Shown here: positions 27,703 through 39,170 of the stretch, piece by piece
Position numbering within the stretch: position 1 is the stretch's first letter
Layout: the number at the start of each line of letters is the position of its first letter
DNA from: Octopus vulgaris
Taxonomy: Eukaryota
Length of the DNA: 64,000 nucleotides
Direction: 5' to 3'
NCBI GenBank assembly: GCA_951406725.2
Contig: OX597816.1
Location: 133,300,001 to 133,364,000 of the forward strand
Made by a program: the position numbers and the translations under genes
Notes under the pieces: generated by a model
What the model was told of the DNA's origin: nothing
Databases searched by the model: none
The model's input: only the letters and a program-made list of their open reading frames with translations

Positions 27703-30700
27703 CACACACACACAGGCTGGATTAAGACCCATTGAGGCCCTAAGCACTTAAAAGATTTTGGTTGCCCCCATAAAAGATTATGTAATTCAAAATATAAACA
27801 ATAACAAACCTTAAAATAATTTTTTAAATGAAACAAAACAGTAAGAGGGAAAACAATGTTTATTTTTGTATACTTCCGTTTTATTTGTAATTAAAAAGTT
27901 TCCTCCTACTTTTTTGAATTGCAAAGTCTTTGATCAGATCCTCAAAATTAATCTTAAGCAACACATCTGCATCTATACTTAGTAGAGATAAAGGCATCCT
28001 GAATATTATTTTAGCAAATTTAAAGTGATTTCTTTTGTGCTATAAACCATTTACCATTTCTGTGGTGCCCCCTCCTTCCCTTGATGCCCTAAGCATGTAC
28101 TTAATTTTGCTTAATGGTTAATCCAGCACTGTATACCCACACACAGTGAATAAGTGCAGGTGTAGCTGGTTGGTGAGGAATCTTGCTTCCCAAACATGCA
28201 GTTTCAAATTCAGTCCCACTGCAAAATACCTTAGGCAAATGTTTTCCACTATAACTCCAATCATGCAGTCCAATTCTCCGTATCACTTCACCTATAGTCA
28301 CCCCACCACTGTACCTTTTAAGGGTATGTCCAGATACATACCCACCACCATCTCTCACTCTTCATCTCTATCTTTCTCTCCCTCCTCTTCCAACTGGGAT
28401 CCTCCTTATCTCTATTCTTCTATTATTCTTTCAACCTCTCATCAACTGACTGGGATCCTCCCTATCTCTATTCTTCTATTATTCTTTCAACCTCTCATCA
28501 ACTGACACAGAACCACCTTCCTCAATACTACTCCCATCAGTCTTGCAAGTTGCTTGGTGACCCCCCACAATGTTGGTGCCATGAAAAGTACACTCTGTAA
28601 AGTGGTTGATGTTAGGAAGGGCATCTAGCTGTAGAAACCATGCCAAAACAGACAACAGAGCTTGACAGTCTTGCTAGCTTGTCCAACCTATACCTGCATA
28701 GAAAATACATGTTAAATGATGCTAATGATGATGATGATGGTATTGCAGAAAGCTTGCCAGCTGTAAAAAATATCAAATGTAACAGTATTAAATTAAAATT
28801 GTAATCAGTGTATCTTATCACATGTACATACATCACTGGAAACCACATTGCTATGGTCTTGTTGAGGAGAAAATCTTTTCATAGACATATTGAAACAAAG
28901 ACAGTTAAGACAGTAACATAGTCTTTACTTTATATCCTGTCAATGGTGATGAACTGTGCCCTTGGATAAGATATTTCATTCTTAATTCTTTAACACTTAA
29001 ACCAACCATATCAAGCCTAAATATTCTACATGTTTTGTGTTCGAACTGACCAAATTTGGCCTAGCACTTGTGCTGGTGGTATGTGAAAAACATTCGAGCG
29101 AGGTCGTTGCCAGTGCCGCTGGACTGGCTCCTGTGCAGGTGGCACATAAAAAGCACCATTTGAGCATGGCCCTTGTCACGTAAAAGCACCCACTACATTC
29201 TCGGAGTGGTTGGTGTTAGGAAGGGCATCCAGCTGTAGAAACACTGCCAGATCAGACTGGAGTCTGGTGCAGCCATCTGGTTCGCCAGACCTCAGTCAAA
29301 TCGTTAAACCCATGCTAGCATGGAAAGCGAACATTAAACAATGATGATGATGACATCATTGAAATATTGAAGTAGCGAGATAATATATGATTAATTCAAA
29401 CCAATTTGAATTTATAAATGCTATTTATGCCCGACAGAATAATCTGAATGCTAAAGAGTTAATGGATTGAGTTCTATATTTCATCAAGCCACCATAGTTA
29501 AGACTATGATAGAGCACTATAACAAATGCCTTGTGAAATTGTCCAATGCATTAGCTTGCAGTATTAGGTAAAATTCAATTAGCGAAAGCTATCCAAGACA
29601 AAACCAACATCTGTGCCACACAATTTATAGCACATCCGCTTAACACTAAGAAAACTTGTCCCATGAATCTTTGATATTCAAGTATACTACCATCATAATT
29701 GAATTCGTTAAGTGCGATATTCAATTGACTGATGTCTTATCTTCTGATCAAGGTGTTCCAAACTTAAAAGAAAATATACATACCTCCTCCTCCTCTTCCA
29801 TCTCACCTTCAGCTGCTCGCTCTGCCATGCGTCTTCGTCGAGTTGGTCTTTCTTCATCTTCATCAGAGTCATCTAACAAAGCATTATATAATTACACTTT
29901 TGTAACTAACATTCTAACAGTAACCAATTATACAGAATATAAAAGAAAAAAAAACAGCAACTTTATTGTTTGAAATAATTAAAAATAACTTGTTTTAAAA
30001 ATTTACAACAAAACCCTATATGTTAAAATGTGGTTCAAAAAAAATTACTACATAAAACAGCTTATTCCAAAATCACTTTTGTACTTTTACAGACAAGAAT
30101 AACTGCTGAACCAGTACTTTCTTCAAGTGGCATTTAACGATTGGCAAGTTTATACACAAATTTTTGCCATAGAATGCCGGTATCTTTGTTAAATAATATG
30201 TAGTCAAATAAGGTGTTGATATTAAGGAATTCTGCTAGTAGACTTTAAGATTACATTGATTCCAGCATTCATCAAAATCTTAGCATATAAACTGGCCATT
30301 CTAACCTAAATATTCTACCTGATTTATGTTTAAACTGGCCAGATCCAGCTTCTCACACCTACCCTACCATGTCATTCTAAACATATACAATCACCTCTTT
30401 AGAATCTCAAAGTTATGAGATGATGCATGATTAATTCAAAACAATGTGAATAAACAAAGTATGTCATTTGATAAAGTAATCTGAATGCTTAAGAGTTAAA
30501 CATGGTTTTTTTTTTTAGTTGTACACAAAATACATGACCTCACCATAAATAAAACCCCGTCTCATACGTCCAGTAGCCAAAGCATCTTCACGGTCCCTCT
30601 TCCTCATTTCTTTTTCAGCATCCTGCCTTGCTGACTCAGACAGGTCAGAAAAATCTCCATCATCCAATCCATCTTTATCATATACATCAAGGGCAGCAAT

Positions 30701-33700
30701 AGGTCGATAATCTCTGGATGAGAAAAAAAACTAGTTTAAAATGCTTATTCTGATTAACACTTCAGCATATAAGCTGGCCATATCCGGCCAAAAATATTCA
30801 ACCTATTTCCAAGTCCAAACTCACTAGATCCAGCTTCTCACACCTATCTTACAGTGTCATTCTGAAAATAACATTGACATCAACCAAATATCAAAGCTAC
30901 AAAATAATGCATGATTAATTCAAAATAATGTGAATAAACAAGCATTACTTTTGATAGAGTAACCTGAATTCTAAAGGGTTAATGAGATTCAACCTTGTAA
31001 TACAAACAAATAATGGAAAAAAAACTGACTCCATAACATTAACCCTCTTACTGGCCAGGCAGGCCTCTCACACTAACCCTACAATGTTATTCTGAAAATA
31101 AACAATCACATTGTTGAAACCTTGAAGCAACAAGATAGTACATAATTAAATCAAAACTATGTGATTGAATAAGCATTACATTTAACAGAATAACCTGAAT
31201 GCTAATGGGTTTATGAAAAGAAAATTGAAAGGCGTTTATAGAAGTTTCAAATATATTTTTACAAATACATTTGCTTTCTAGTATAAATTATTAACCATTA
31301 TAGAAAACATATATATAACACAGAACTCATGGTATCAGAATGAGTAATCATGTACCTTAACATTTTAACTACTACACGTTTTATTAGAATTTTTTTAATC
31401 TATGCTAACATGGCTCATTTTCTTGCAAATTTCACTGAAAATTTCATATATACTTCAAACATTTTCCTTAATACTATACAAATATTTTCCAATCATAATA
31501 GATTACTGAATTTAAATGGATTCCCTTGCACAGGTTATGAATAAATATGAATAGAGCTATAGCCATATACAGGATAATATTTCTGTTAGTTGCCATGGCT
31601 TTTTTCTTAACCCTTTTGTTACCAACCTGGCTTTGTACAAATGTCGCGTTTCTGAAAGTTAGTCATAATTTATGTTCCTAATGCTATTTATTTCACTAAA
31701 TTCTTTGTTATATTTAAAATTATTTGAAAGAAACACAGAGCATCTGAACAGAAATATGGTAACAAAAAGGGTTAAACACTTTTTCTGAGCTTCAGAGACT
31801 GGGGGGAGGGGGGAGTTACTCTCAGAGTGGAGACCAGATGCTGATGTGTTTACGTCCCCGTAACTTAGCGGTTCGGCAAAAGACACCCATAGAGTAAGTA
31901 CTAGGCTTACAAAGAATAAGTCCTGGGGTCTATTTGCTTGACTAAAGGAGGTGCTCCAGCATGGCCGCAGTCAAATGACAAACAAGTAAAAGAGTAAACT
32001 AAATTTTACCTATGAACCTCTTCGATTCCTATTTTAGTTGGATGGCACCTCTTAATCATTTGATGTTTAACATATTTTTAAATACTATTAGAATTTGTAT
32101 GAAAAGAAACTGTTTAAGTATTTTGTATATAGTAGAAACATAACCAAGTTATTGCACACAAATTTAAAAATCTTTTATAGATCCCGGTCGAGAACCAGTT
32201 TTAATTGAACGGTGCAGGGGAGGTAACTTACTGTTCAAAATTATCTCCAAATAGTTCTTCTCCTTCCTCCTCCTCCTCATCTTGTTGAACGCGATTGCTA
32301 CCGAGATCAGATTCATCTTCGAAGGGAGGTAAATCTCGACCAGGACTCGAAGTCAGTGGATCGCCTCGGCGACTTTGCGAGTCATCAGGACTTGCTACAG
32401 AGAACGGATCAGATGTTGGCTCCTTCGAAAAATAAATTAAAATAATAAAATTTAAAACATTAAATATAAAATTATATATTAAAAAAAAGTGAAGCTTGCT
32501 TGCATTATACATACAACGATGTTTAGCAGTTGCTAATCTCTTAAATTTTCACATTTTCTTTGAAAGTTACATTTTGTGGAAAGATATTGTGGGAGTCCTC
32601 CTTCTTTTAAAGTGTTTGTAATTCAAACAAGGAGAACACCTACGGTGGATCCGCAATAAAAACTTGAGTAAATATTCAATCATATTGGGCTTTAACTTAT
32701 TAATAGAGGCATATTTTCCCCCCGGGACCTCTTCCATTGTTACTACGCTTCTGAATTAGCTAGATGCATATCCTGTCACTATCTCATCTCCCAGACCTTG
32801 CACAAAAATACACTTTATCTAATCCCTGCTCTCCAGAAATGTAACTTTCCCGACCAATGTTTTACTACAAACACCAAACACGGGTTTCAGTTGAACATCA
32901 ACCGTGCAAAATTCATGAAACTTATCAATAACAGACTATTCCGAAAGCCACCTAGTCTCCTGGACAGGTATCAATTGATTAAAATTAGTTATTTCGCATA
33001 TTTCGAGATCCCTTTCTGTACCGTGTATAAAAACATATACATAAAAATAATTATATGGCAAGAAGCTTGTTTCCCAACCACAATGGTTCCAGGTTCATCC
33101 CCACTGCGTAGTACCTTGGACAAGTGTCTTCTACTACAGCCTCGGGATGAATAAAGCCGTGAGTGGATTTAGTAGACGGAAACTGAAAGAACCCCATCGT
33201 GTGTGTGTGTACATGTGAATGTGTGCATTTTTGTCTCCCACTACTGCATGACAACCCGTGTTGGTGAGTTCACGTATCAGTAACCTAGCGGTCCGGCAAA
33301 AGAGACTGAAAAAAAAGTACTGGAGTTGATTCAGTCCAATGATTGAAACTAGTAAAACGTATAGGCGAAAATGAAAAGAAATAATTCATATTCAACATGT
33401 CACATGGATAGGGTTCGTAAGTATTAATGAATGAATAATGAAGTCGTGTTCGGTGTTGTTTCACTTCAAATTAATGATGTATTTATTGGGCATCAAGAAC
33501 GGTCTGCTTGGTGAGATTCCATCTCGAAACTAACTAGCTAAAATATTACAGATTATTTAAACTGCCGCAATGGCAGCTACTTGCTGTTATGACACCAGAG
33601 AACAAAAAGTAAAACTACCAGCTCAGCAGAACTAAACAAATGTCAAATATGTGGCACATAGAGCTTTATTTGAAATTTATGAACACATGATGAAAACATT

Positions 33701-36367
33701 TTCCGATCACACTTCCACGCTTCCCTGAACTCTACTGTTGAAATGATTCACAGGCATAATATATCCGACGAGCTTCCATCTACCCAGTTTTATCACAAGG
33801 CTTTTGCCGGCCCAAGAATGTGAGACTTTCTTGCCTAAAGTGTCACCTGGTTGGATTGAAGCCGAGATCTCATAAATTACGAAGCGGGGGGGGGGGGGGT
33901 ACGCTTACACTTCAGATATTTAGACAACGTATAACAATCAAAAAGCATTTTAATCAAATAAGTGGAACATACAAAGAGCTTTATTTGAAACTTATGAATA
34001 CATGATGAAAACATTTTCCGATCACACTTCCTCGCTTCCCTGATTTTTTTTTTTATCATCATTAACTAAAATTAAGTTGTTTGTGCTGTTATTCCGGTTT
34101 TTGTTTGTATATAATCTTCGGATTTTACAAACATAAAACATAAAAGGGAAGATCAACAAATGCTACAAACATACTGCAATAAATAAATAGTACATTTAAG
34201 TCTCTTCCAACCATCACCTGTAAAATAAGGATCACTGGGATCTGTCCGTATCCAATCGTCCTTTACAATCATACATTCTTTATTGCTAGTCATCACTCTC
34301 TTAATCCTATTACTACCTCCCCTATCACTGTCAATATACAATTTGAAACCCGTTAAAGAAAACAAAATAAAAACAGCCTACTAAGTGTAAAAAAAATGTG
34401 TAGAAAACGAATATGAAAAAAAATCTGCGCAAACGAACGAGGAGTAGGTGGGGAGAAGACTTTTGGAAATTTACAAGACCCGATTTTCCCCTCATAACTT
34501 TCAGGAAAAAAGATATATATTAGTGAAATTTTATACAAATACCGTCCAAATGACATAAATTACGATTATAAAGAAATTTGTGGGGAAAATGTTTTCCGAA
34601 GGAGTGGGGAGAGGACTGTCGGAAAGTTCACACGATCCGATTTTTGCCCTCATAACTTTCGGGATCTAGTTTAGCGCCCGGTCACCAAAACGAGAAAAAA
34701 AAAAACAATAATAGATGTACAAAACGTGTAGAAAACGAATATGAAAACAAAAATTTGCGCAAACGAACGGGGATGGGAGTAGAGGGATTCGGAAAATTCA
34801 CACGATCCGATTTTTTCCCTCATAACTTGGAAAATAGATATAACCAGCTGTTAAGTTCCTATAGCTGGCCCATTTGTCTGTATGTATTACAGTACTGGGT
34901 AACACATTTTCCATTATCACAGCTTCTAGTGTTGCTGCGCTTCTGTCGGGTACAAGCTGTAGAAATCCTTTTTTCAGTGGTGCCATAGCACCCGACAACC
35001 CACGTTTGATGGCCTATCCTCCCTACGTTGCTCTTCTTTTTGAAGAGCAAACTCTCATCTATTTCTACTTCATGACCTGGACTACCGAGCGGAGCTTTGT
35101 TTTGGAGCATCTTCTCCGAACACACTTCTAGACAAAACTCCGTAAATTTCAGGTTTTTGTCACACATAAACCAGAATTTCTCTGTTCCTTTCGGAATTTC
35201 CCCCCGTGTTATAGTTTTTTCACATTTCAAAACACTGGGGGATAGGGTTAAACTTATCTAACATATGCTTTCAAAATGTATTGATAACAGCTGATCGCTA
35301 GTACTTTACTGTCTCGAAATGAAGAATAATCCGGTTGTCTTGAGTGGGAAATGAAAAATCGCAATTCAGTTTGATGAGATGTTGATTTTTATTTTTGTAT
35401 GTTTTCTAAATAATTAACACTTCTGACCTGGAGGGTGGGGGACATTATTTAATATGCGAAATATCTAAACACACAAAAAAAAAAGTCGTTTGAATTCGTT
35501 ATCAACTACTTCAACAAAGGAATCTAAAACTGTCATAATTTGGAGCGAAGCTAATTAAAGATCCGAAGAGATTTTTATTATCCTGAAGCATACTTCATTA
35601 ATTTTTTTTTTCTCTGTCTTATATATACTTCATAATGCACAATGAAGATTAGTAAGTCTATGACTTTGTGCTGTAACAGAAAGAATAAGGTCAATAAGCC
35701 TTTCTTTAACTGTTGGTCAATATAAAGATCTTCACCCGGGAACAAATAAAAACCCAGCCTGGTGGGTTTAGCCTAAGATATCAGTTCTCTCTACAGATAT
35801 GACAGATATAAACCGTCTGAAAAGATTAGCATTTATTGAACATAGACTATATTGAAACATTTCGAACGATAACTGAAAAATCTTTTTACGTTTCTTAAGG
35901 AATATCATTCGAGGTAATAGCTGTTGTGATACATATGCTTTTCCCAAAAAGTATTATTTACGTAAGTGAACTGACAAATATTTAAAAGAGAATCTTTTTA
36001 AAACAATCAAATACTATTCACAAAGAATTCCAAAGAAGCTGTTCGTAGAAATGCTGCTAATGTTATAACTTGCTTTACGAATTAATAATGTTACTTTATA
36101 TATATATATATATATGAACTATTATTTAAGTAAATTTTGCTAATAGTCGATGATGCACCTGGACATAATTCATAGTGTTCCATTCATTACAGACAAATTT
36201 ACTCAGTAACTAAGTTCAGATATGGCTTAGTTGTTTTCATAGTCTCGTTATATACAAAAAATTAATATCAATAACATATTTACGGTGCTAAGATGTAAGA
36301 TCAAAGTAACTAATCAGTAAATTATCTAACTGCACAATAAAATACAAAATAATAAACTTACAGACAT
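4353..36367 (-). CDS. MCM2: DNA replication licensing factor MCM2 (19 coding exons, about 885 aa once the A8 frameshift in exon 11 is corrected)
   Basis: Exons in transcript order, all GT-AG: 36362-36367 (MS), 32232-32422 ([23 protein letters not shown]), 30544-30713 ([12 protein letters not shown] histone-binding region), 29784-29872, 27136-27307, 25329-25438, 24677-24786, 23482-23689 (CNKC..CPEC zinc finger), 22875-23009 ([15 protein letters not shown]), 21281-21472, 18947-19042, 18105-18355 (Walker A GDPGTAKS, Walker B IDEFDK), 16702-16866 ([11 protein letters not shown]), 12565-12639 (arginine finger SRFD), 10378-10464, 8183-8335, 6195-6377 ([11 protein letters not shown]), 5425-5580, 4353-4463 (TAA). 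All junction phases agree except 18947/18355. Minus-strand AATAAA at 4229-4234. Confidence 0.97.
6818..7620. repeat. Nested long inverted repeats (fold-back element) interrupted by a (CAT)n-tailed repeat
   Basis: About 6820-6950 is the reverse complement of about 7338-7468. About 7200-7325 is the reverse complement of about 7505-7620. Confidence 0.85.
8629..9806 (-). mobile_element. Composite non-autonomous Helitron(s) inserted in the (TA)n tract of a SINE-like repeat
   Basis: Minus-strand 3' end CCCGAGCAACGCCGGG hairpin plus CTAG|T at 8629. Two 5'-type ends: A|TCTTTATATAAG at 9023 and A|TCTCTTATTATAAAA at 9806. The halves of the host repeat lie at 8531-8628 and 9807-10030. Confidence 0.75.
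10630..11463 (+). mobile_element. Non-autonomous Helitron
   Basis: Starts A|TCTATACATATAAAA and ends CCCAAGCAATGCAGGG-TACTTCTG-CTAG|T. Contains an internal imperfect duplication (CCGATTCACTCCAAATTTGG near 10945 and 11097). Confidence 0.75.
11650..12480. mobile_element. RTE-clade LINE fragment with 5' inversion
   Basis: Plus-strand 12065-12480 encodes RT pieces ([31 protein letters not shown]). Minus-strand 11650-12060 encodes the downstream RTE region ([47 protein letters not shown]). Confidence 0.85.
12968..16068 (+). mobile_element. Degenerate Ty3/Gypsy LTR retrotransposon lacking RT/RNase H (MCM2 intron 13)
   Basis: Diverged direct LTRs at 12968-13273 (TGTTGT..ACAATA) and 15778-16068. 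PBS-like TGGCGACAAGG follows the 5' LTR and a purine tract precedes the 3' LTR. Gag-like remnant ([18 protein letters not shown]), protease remnant (LQLDTSS), integrase zinc-binding region ([22 protein letters not shown]) and broken integrase core; many stops and frameshifts. Confidence 0.9.
20175..20257 (-). ncRNA. Minimal type I hammerhead ribozyme motif (PLE/retrozyme-like)
   Basis: Minus strand reads AGC-CUGAUGA-G-UAGUUAGUGGAGC..GUUCCGCUAGCUA-G-GAAA-CAUAUG-UU-GCU. It has a 3-bp stem I, a 13-bp stem II and a palindromic stem III (ACAUAUGU). Position 11.1 is G rather than C. Confidence 0.6.
20346..20426 (+). ncRNA. Second (inverted) copy of the hammerhead motif
   Basis: CUC-CUGAUGA-G-UAGCUAGUGGAA..UUCUGCUAGCUA-G-GAAA-CACAUG-UA-GCC. 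Stem II is intact (12 bp) and stem I is degraded. Confidence 0.5.
20521..20720. mobile_element. Short fold-back PLE-derived element with a decayed hammerhead motif
   Basis: Outer inverted repeat GCTGGTCATAG..TGAC / GTCACTATGACCAGC. Internal motif CTGATGA-GT-CACCTATA..TATAGGTG-C-AAAA-C-CAATG-GTC. The terminal motif AGAAGCACACTCTAAA..TAGAGCAGTAAT is shared with 1141. Flanked by (TA)n. Confidence 0.55.
22533..22748 (-). mobile_element. Second SINE family, Deu/Nin-domain-like (other copies at about 53153-53365, 41665-41795, 55935-56075 and plus 61430-61635)
   Basis: Shared core GTCGACTTTGCCTTTCATCCTTTC..GATAAAATAAGTACCAGTTG downstream of a tRNA-like head. The domain assignment is by recalled resemblance only. 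Confidence 0.7.
27713..28131 (-). mobile_element. hAT-derived MITE / internally deleted hAT transposon
   Basis: Terminal inverted repeats CAGGCTGGATTAA / TTAATCCAGCACTG. The internal minus-strand remnant [31 protein letters not shown] resembles the hAT C-terminal dimerisation domain. Confidence 0.7.
28393..28504. repeat. 56-bp tandem duplication
   Basis: ACTGGGATCCTCC(T/C)TATCTCTATTCTTCTATTATTCTTTCAACCTCTCATCAACTG occurs twice with one mismatch. Confidence 0.9.
29040..29352. repeat. (CAT)n/(GAT)n-tailed interspersed repeat (other copies at about 7008-7155, 10120-10300, 23940-24222, 28540-28740, 51860-52090)
   Basis: Recurrent TTAGGAAGGGCATCCAGCTGTAGAAAC..CCCATGCTAGCATGGAAA..TTAAA-(TGA)n. 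Confidence 0.8.
30758..30978. mobile_element. piggyBac-type MITE (related copies at about 30277-30495, 31043-31209 and partial 29355-29458)
   Basis: TTAA on both sides, imperfect TIRs CACTTCAGCAT / GAATTCTAAAGGG, and shared internal sequence (GATCCAGCTTCTCACACCTA, TGCATGATTAATTCAAAA). Confidence 0.65.
31611..31771. mobile_element. piggyBac-type MITE
   Basis: TTAA|CCCTTTTGTTACCA ... TGGTAACAAAAAGGG|TTAA. Confidence 0.75.
34385..35230 (-). mobile_element. Merlin/IS1016 (ISXO2-like DDE) transposase relic with tandem subterminal-type repeats (MCM2 intron 1)
   Basis: Frameshifted minus-strand peptides [29 protein letters not shown] and [35 protein letters not shown], carrying the characteristic VEIDES and IHTDxWxSY motifs. 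Three related repeat units end in CCCTCATAACTT at about 34500, 34658 and 34828. Confidence 0.82.
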
Positions 36368-36379
36368 TCTGGTTATCAA

Positions 36380-36830
36380 CGAAAACAGTACAGTTGGCGT
36401 AAAAACTGAACAATAAACGGCGGGAAATCTATGAGGTCAATATTAGATAGTACTAGAAAGGGAACTAAACAAAATAGTCCATAAAATATAATACTGGTGA
36501 AACCATTATACCCTTTTACTCGCAATAATTTTTCTTTGTTGTTGAATTTATAATAATACAATTGAATTAAATCATGAAAATAATGGCAAGTTTTGATTAT
36601 CATTAACTTTTTGATTATAAACTGATTCTCAGGCAGTAATACATTATAAATTTATGGCGCGAAAATGTCATGACAAAAATAAAGCAGAACTCTTTGTATG
36701 AAGAGTTTACCACGCGGTACGATCTACTCTCCCTAGTATTGGTTCCGTGTACCGGTTTGTTCAGTTCGATGAATTATTGTCGTTACGTTTCGCTGGTTTG
36801 AGGACACTTGTATTGACTGAGGGTATTGTA
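36380..36830. promoter_or_regulatory. Probable shared (bidirectional) MCM2/COQ2 promoter with E2F sites
   Basis: TTTCCCGCC (36419-36427, minus), TTTTCGCGCC (36656-36665, minus), an imperfect TTTTACGCCA (36395-36404) and an inverted CCAAT near 36738, in a locally CpG-richer stretch just upstream of the MCM2 ATG. MCM genes are established E2F targets. Confidence 0.65.
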
Positions 36831-38794
36831 ACTAAAAGTATATTTTTATTCTGAAAACGGCATAATTTTTTTTTTAATGTTTAATAGTTATGTATTTACT
36901 TCTTTAATAAAGATATTTATATTTATTGCCTTGATCGTCTGTGCCCTTCTAACAGGTGCAGGGATAAATACGATTGTTGCTTTCGAAATCGTGAATAAGG
37001 CGAGGGAACAGTGGATGGAATACAGGAATATCTTTACTGCTTCATCTTTAATAATAGAAAGAAGGCAGTGGAATCGTATTTCCATGTATCTAAACATGGA
37101 GTTTCGATGTAGTCTCTACGCGATCTTTAACATTAGCAGCTAAATCTCCTTCAATTCAAAGCGTTTTTACAAAAGAGCAGACACATTAGATAGTATAATC
37201 GCAGATACACTACAACTGAAAAATGGGATATTCATGATTGGACAGGTTCGATCATTTGCTGTTTCGAACCTAACCTGGGACTAAGGCATAAGTCTGATTA
37301 GTTTTTTTGTTTATATATACATATAATTCCATTCACATCTATGATGCATTATAGGAATATATCCCTATGCAGTAATGGAGTGCTGTTTTTGTTATCGACT
37401 TCTGGCAATATGAAAAGCAGGGTCAACTTCGGTGGGGTTTGAACTCAGAACGTTAAAGGTTAGATATTGTGGTCGGCGCTTTAATGATTCTCCGAATCTC
37501 GGATAATACGATATATTATAAAGTGTAGTTGATGTACAGTTTAGCTCACGAGATGCATTTTTACGATGAAATCATTTATTAATAAAGATATTAAGTTGCA
37601 AGTTATATTCCTTTATTTACGTTTATATAGTTAATTGCCTGTTGTTATTATGTAGCCCCAGATCAGCTCTGATTGAGCAAATCTGGGACGTAAGTGATTG
37701 TTATTGAAGTTCTTCAACAAATACCGATCACAAGGATTTTGTATCGATGTTCTGAAAGACAATTCCACTGTAGATTTCTATTTCTACACTTCGATTTTCT
37801 ATTGTCCTTGAAAACATTAACGAAAACAATGTATTATTGACCTTGACATTCGCAAAGCATTTGAACTTAGTTTTATATAATTGTCATCAAGCGATGTCTT
37901 ATAGGAATGTTTTCCTTTTGTGTCCACCACTCAGCTTGACTCTCTGAGTGATATATCTTTGAGTGAGAGGTCGTACTCAGTTTTAATCTTGGATTTGCAG
38001 CTGTTATAATTACATACTGCCTTTATTCAGTGTTTGGTTGTTATTACTGGCTACCTTTATTCAACATTTGGTTGTTCGCTGCTGTTTGGTACACTTTTGA
38101 GGGCCACTTTTGTAAAGATGTGATTTAAGTTTTGTGGGGCCTGTCTATGTCAGTGTTTTACATACTCCTTAAATACGAGTTCTAGTGTAATACAGTATTT
38201 TTTCCCAGAAATTTTTCATTATACTCTGCAACAGCCTCCAGTCTTTTACTAACGTATTCATATGCTAGAAATAACAGCCAAATCTCACAAAACTGCGATA
38301 ACATAATGAAAGAAATATGTAATCAATCCACTCACCTTTCTGCAAAGATTTCTTTGAGAGTAATTTCCCGCAATAATATAACAAAGTAATTCCCGTAAAA
38401 TTAAAGTTGTTTTTTTTTATTAACTTTTTTTCGAATTTTTTTTCAATCTACATGGGAAAATACGGAGATTAAGAATATGAAAAAAAATAAACACAAATTC
38501 AAATTTTAATTTCAAATTTTTTAATGAAAAACTCCGACCCAAAATTCCACCCTATTCCCTTCCCTCTCCGTCATCTAAAAGTGAAAATGAACAGTTGTTT
38601 TGTCTGTTTCTGTATGCGTTATAGTGAAACAGTAAAAGGATCACGGCAGCGCCCGGTCACTAAAAGGTAAAAAAAAAAAAGTCTGATAGGTGTTCATTAT
38701 GTTATCGCAGTTTTGTGAGATTTGGCTGATATTTCTAGCATGTGGGTAGCCTGCTTGAAGGCCAAGGCCGTAGAATTGGGAGGGTGTTGGGGGT

Positions 38795-39170
38795 ATTCTT
38801 TTACTTGTTTCAGTCATTTGACTGTGGCCATGCTGGAGCACCACCTTTTAGTTGAGCAAATTGACCCCAGGACTTACTCTTTGTAAGCCTAGTACTTATT
38901 CTATCGGTCTCTTTTTGCCGAACTGCTATGTTACAGGGACGTAAACTCACCAGCATCGGATGTCAAGCGATGTTCGGGGAACAGACACACACACACATAT
39001 ATATACATACATATATACGACGGGCTTCTTTCAGTTTCCGTCTACCATATCCACTCACAAAGCTTTGATCTGCCCGAGGCTATAGTAGAAGACACTTGCC
39101 CAAGGTGCCATGCAGTGGGACTGAACCCGAACCATGTGGTTGGTAAACAAGCTACTTACCACACAGCCAC
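38795..39170 (-). mobile_element. Abundant tRNA-headed SINE-like repeat with an internal microsatellite (representative copy; others at about 5860-6165, 8531-8628 plus 9807-10030, 21615-21965, 26510-26860, 31840-31990, 33050-33350, 40300-40675, 50660-50800, 55580-55770)
   Basis: Recurrent blocks GGTTCAGTCCCACTGCATGGCACCTTGGGCAAGTGTCTTCTACTATAGCC, GTGAGTGGATTTGGTAGACGGAAACTGAAAGAAGCCC and GATAGAATAAGTACTAGGC..CCAGCATGGCCACAGTCAAATGACTGAAACAAG, found in both orientations. Confidence 0.85.

Noticed and set aside
32520-33010. Moderately GC-rich stretch with a 118-aa ORF in MCM2 intron 1
   Set aside because: The ORF ends in SINE sequence and shows no recognisable domain.
34385-34830. Repeat-spacer-like array
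   Set aside because: Only three long, degenerate, unevenly spaced units in eukaryotic DNA next to a Merlin transposase, with no cas genes. Not CRISPR.
36877-37143. Hydrophobic 88-aa ORF near the promoter
   Set aside because: No recognisable motif or splice context. The AT-rich composition explains the hydrophobicity, and it probably lies in the COQ2 5' intron.
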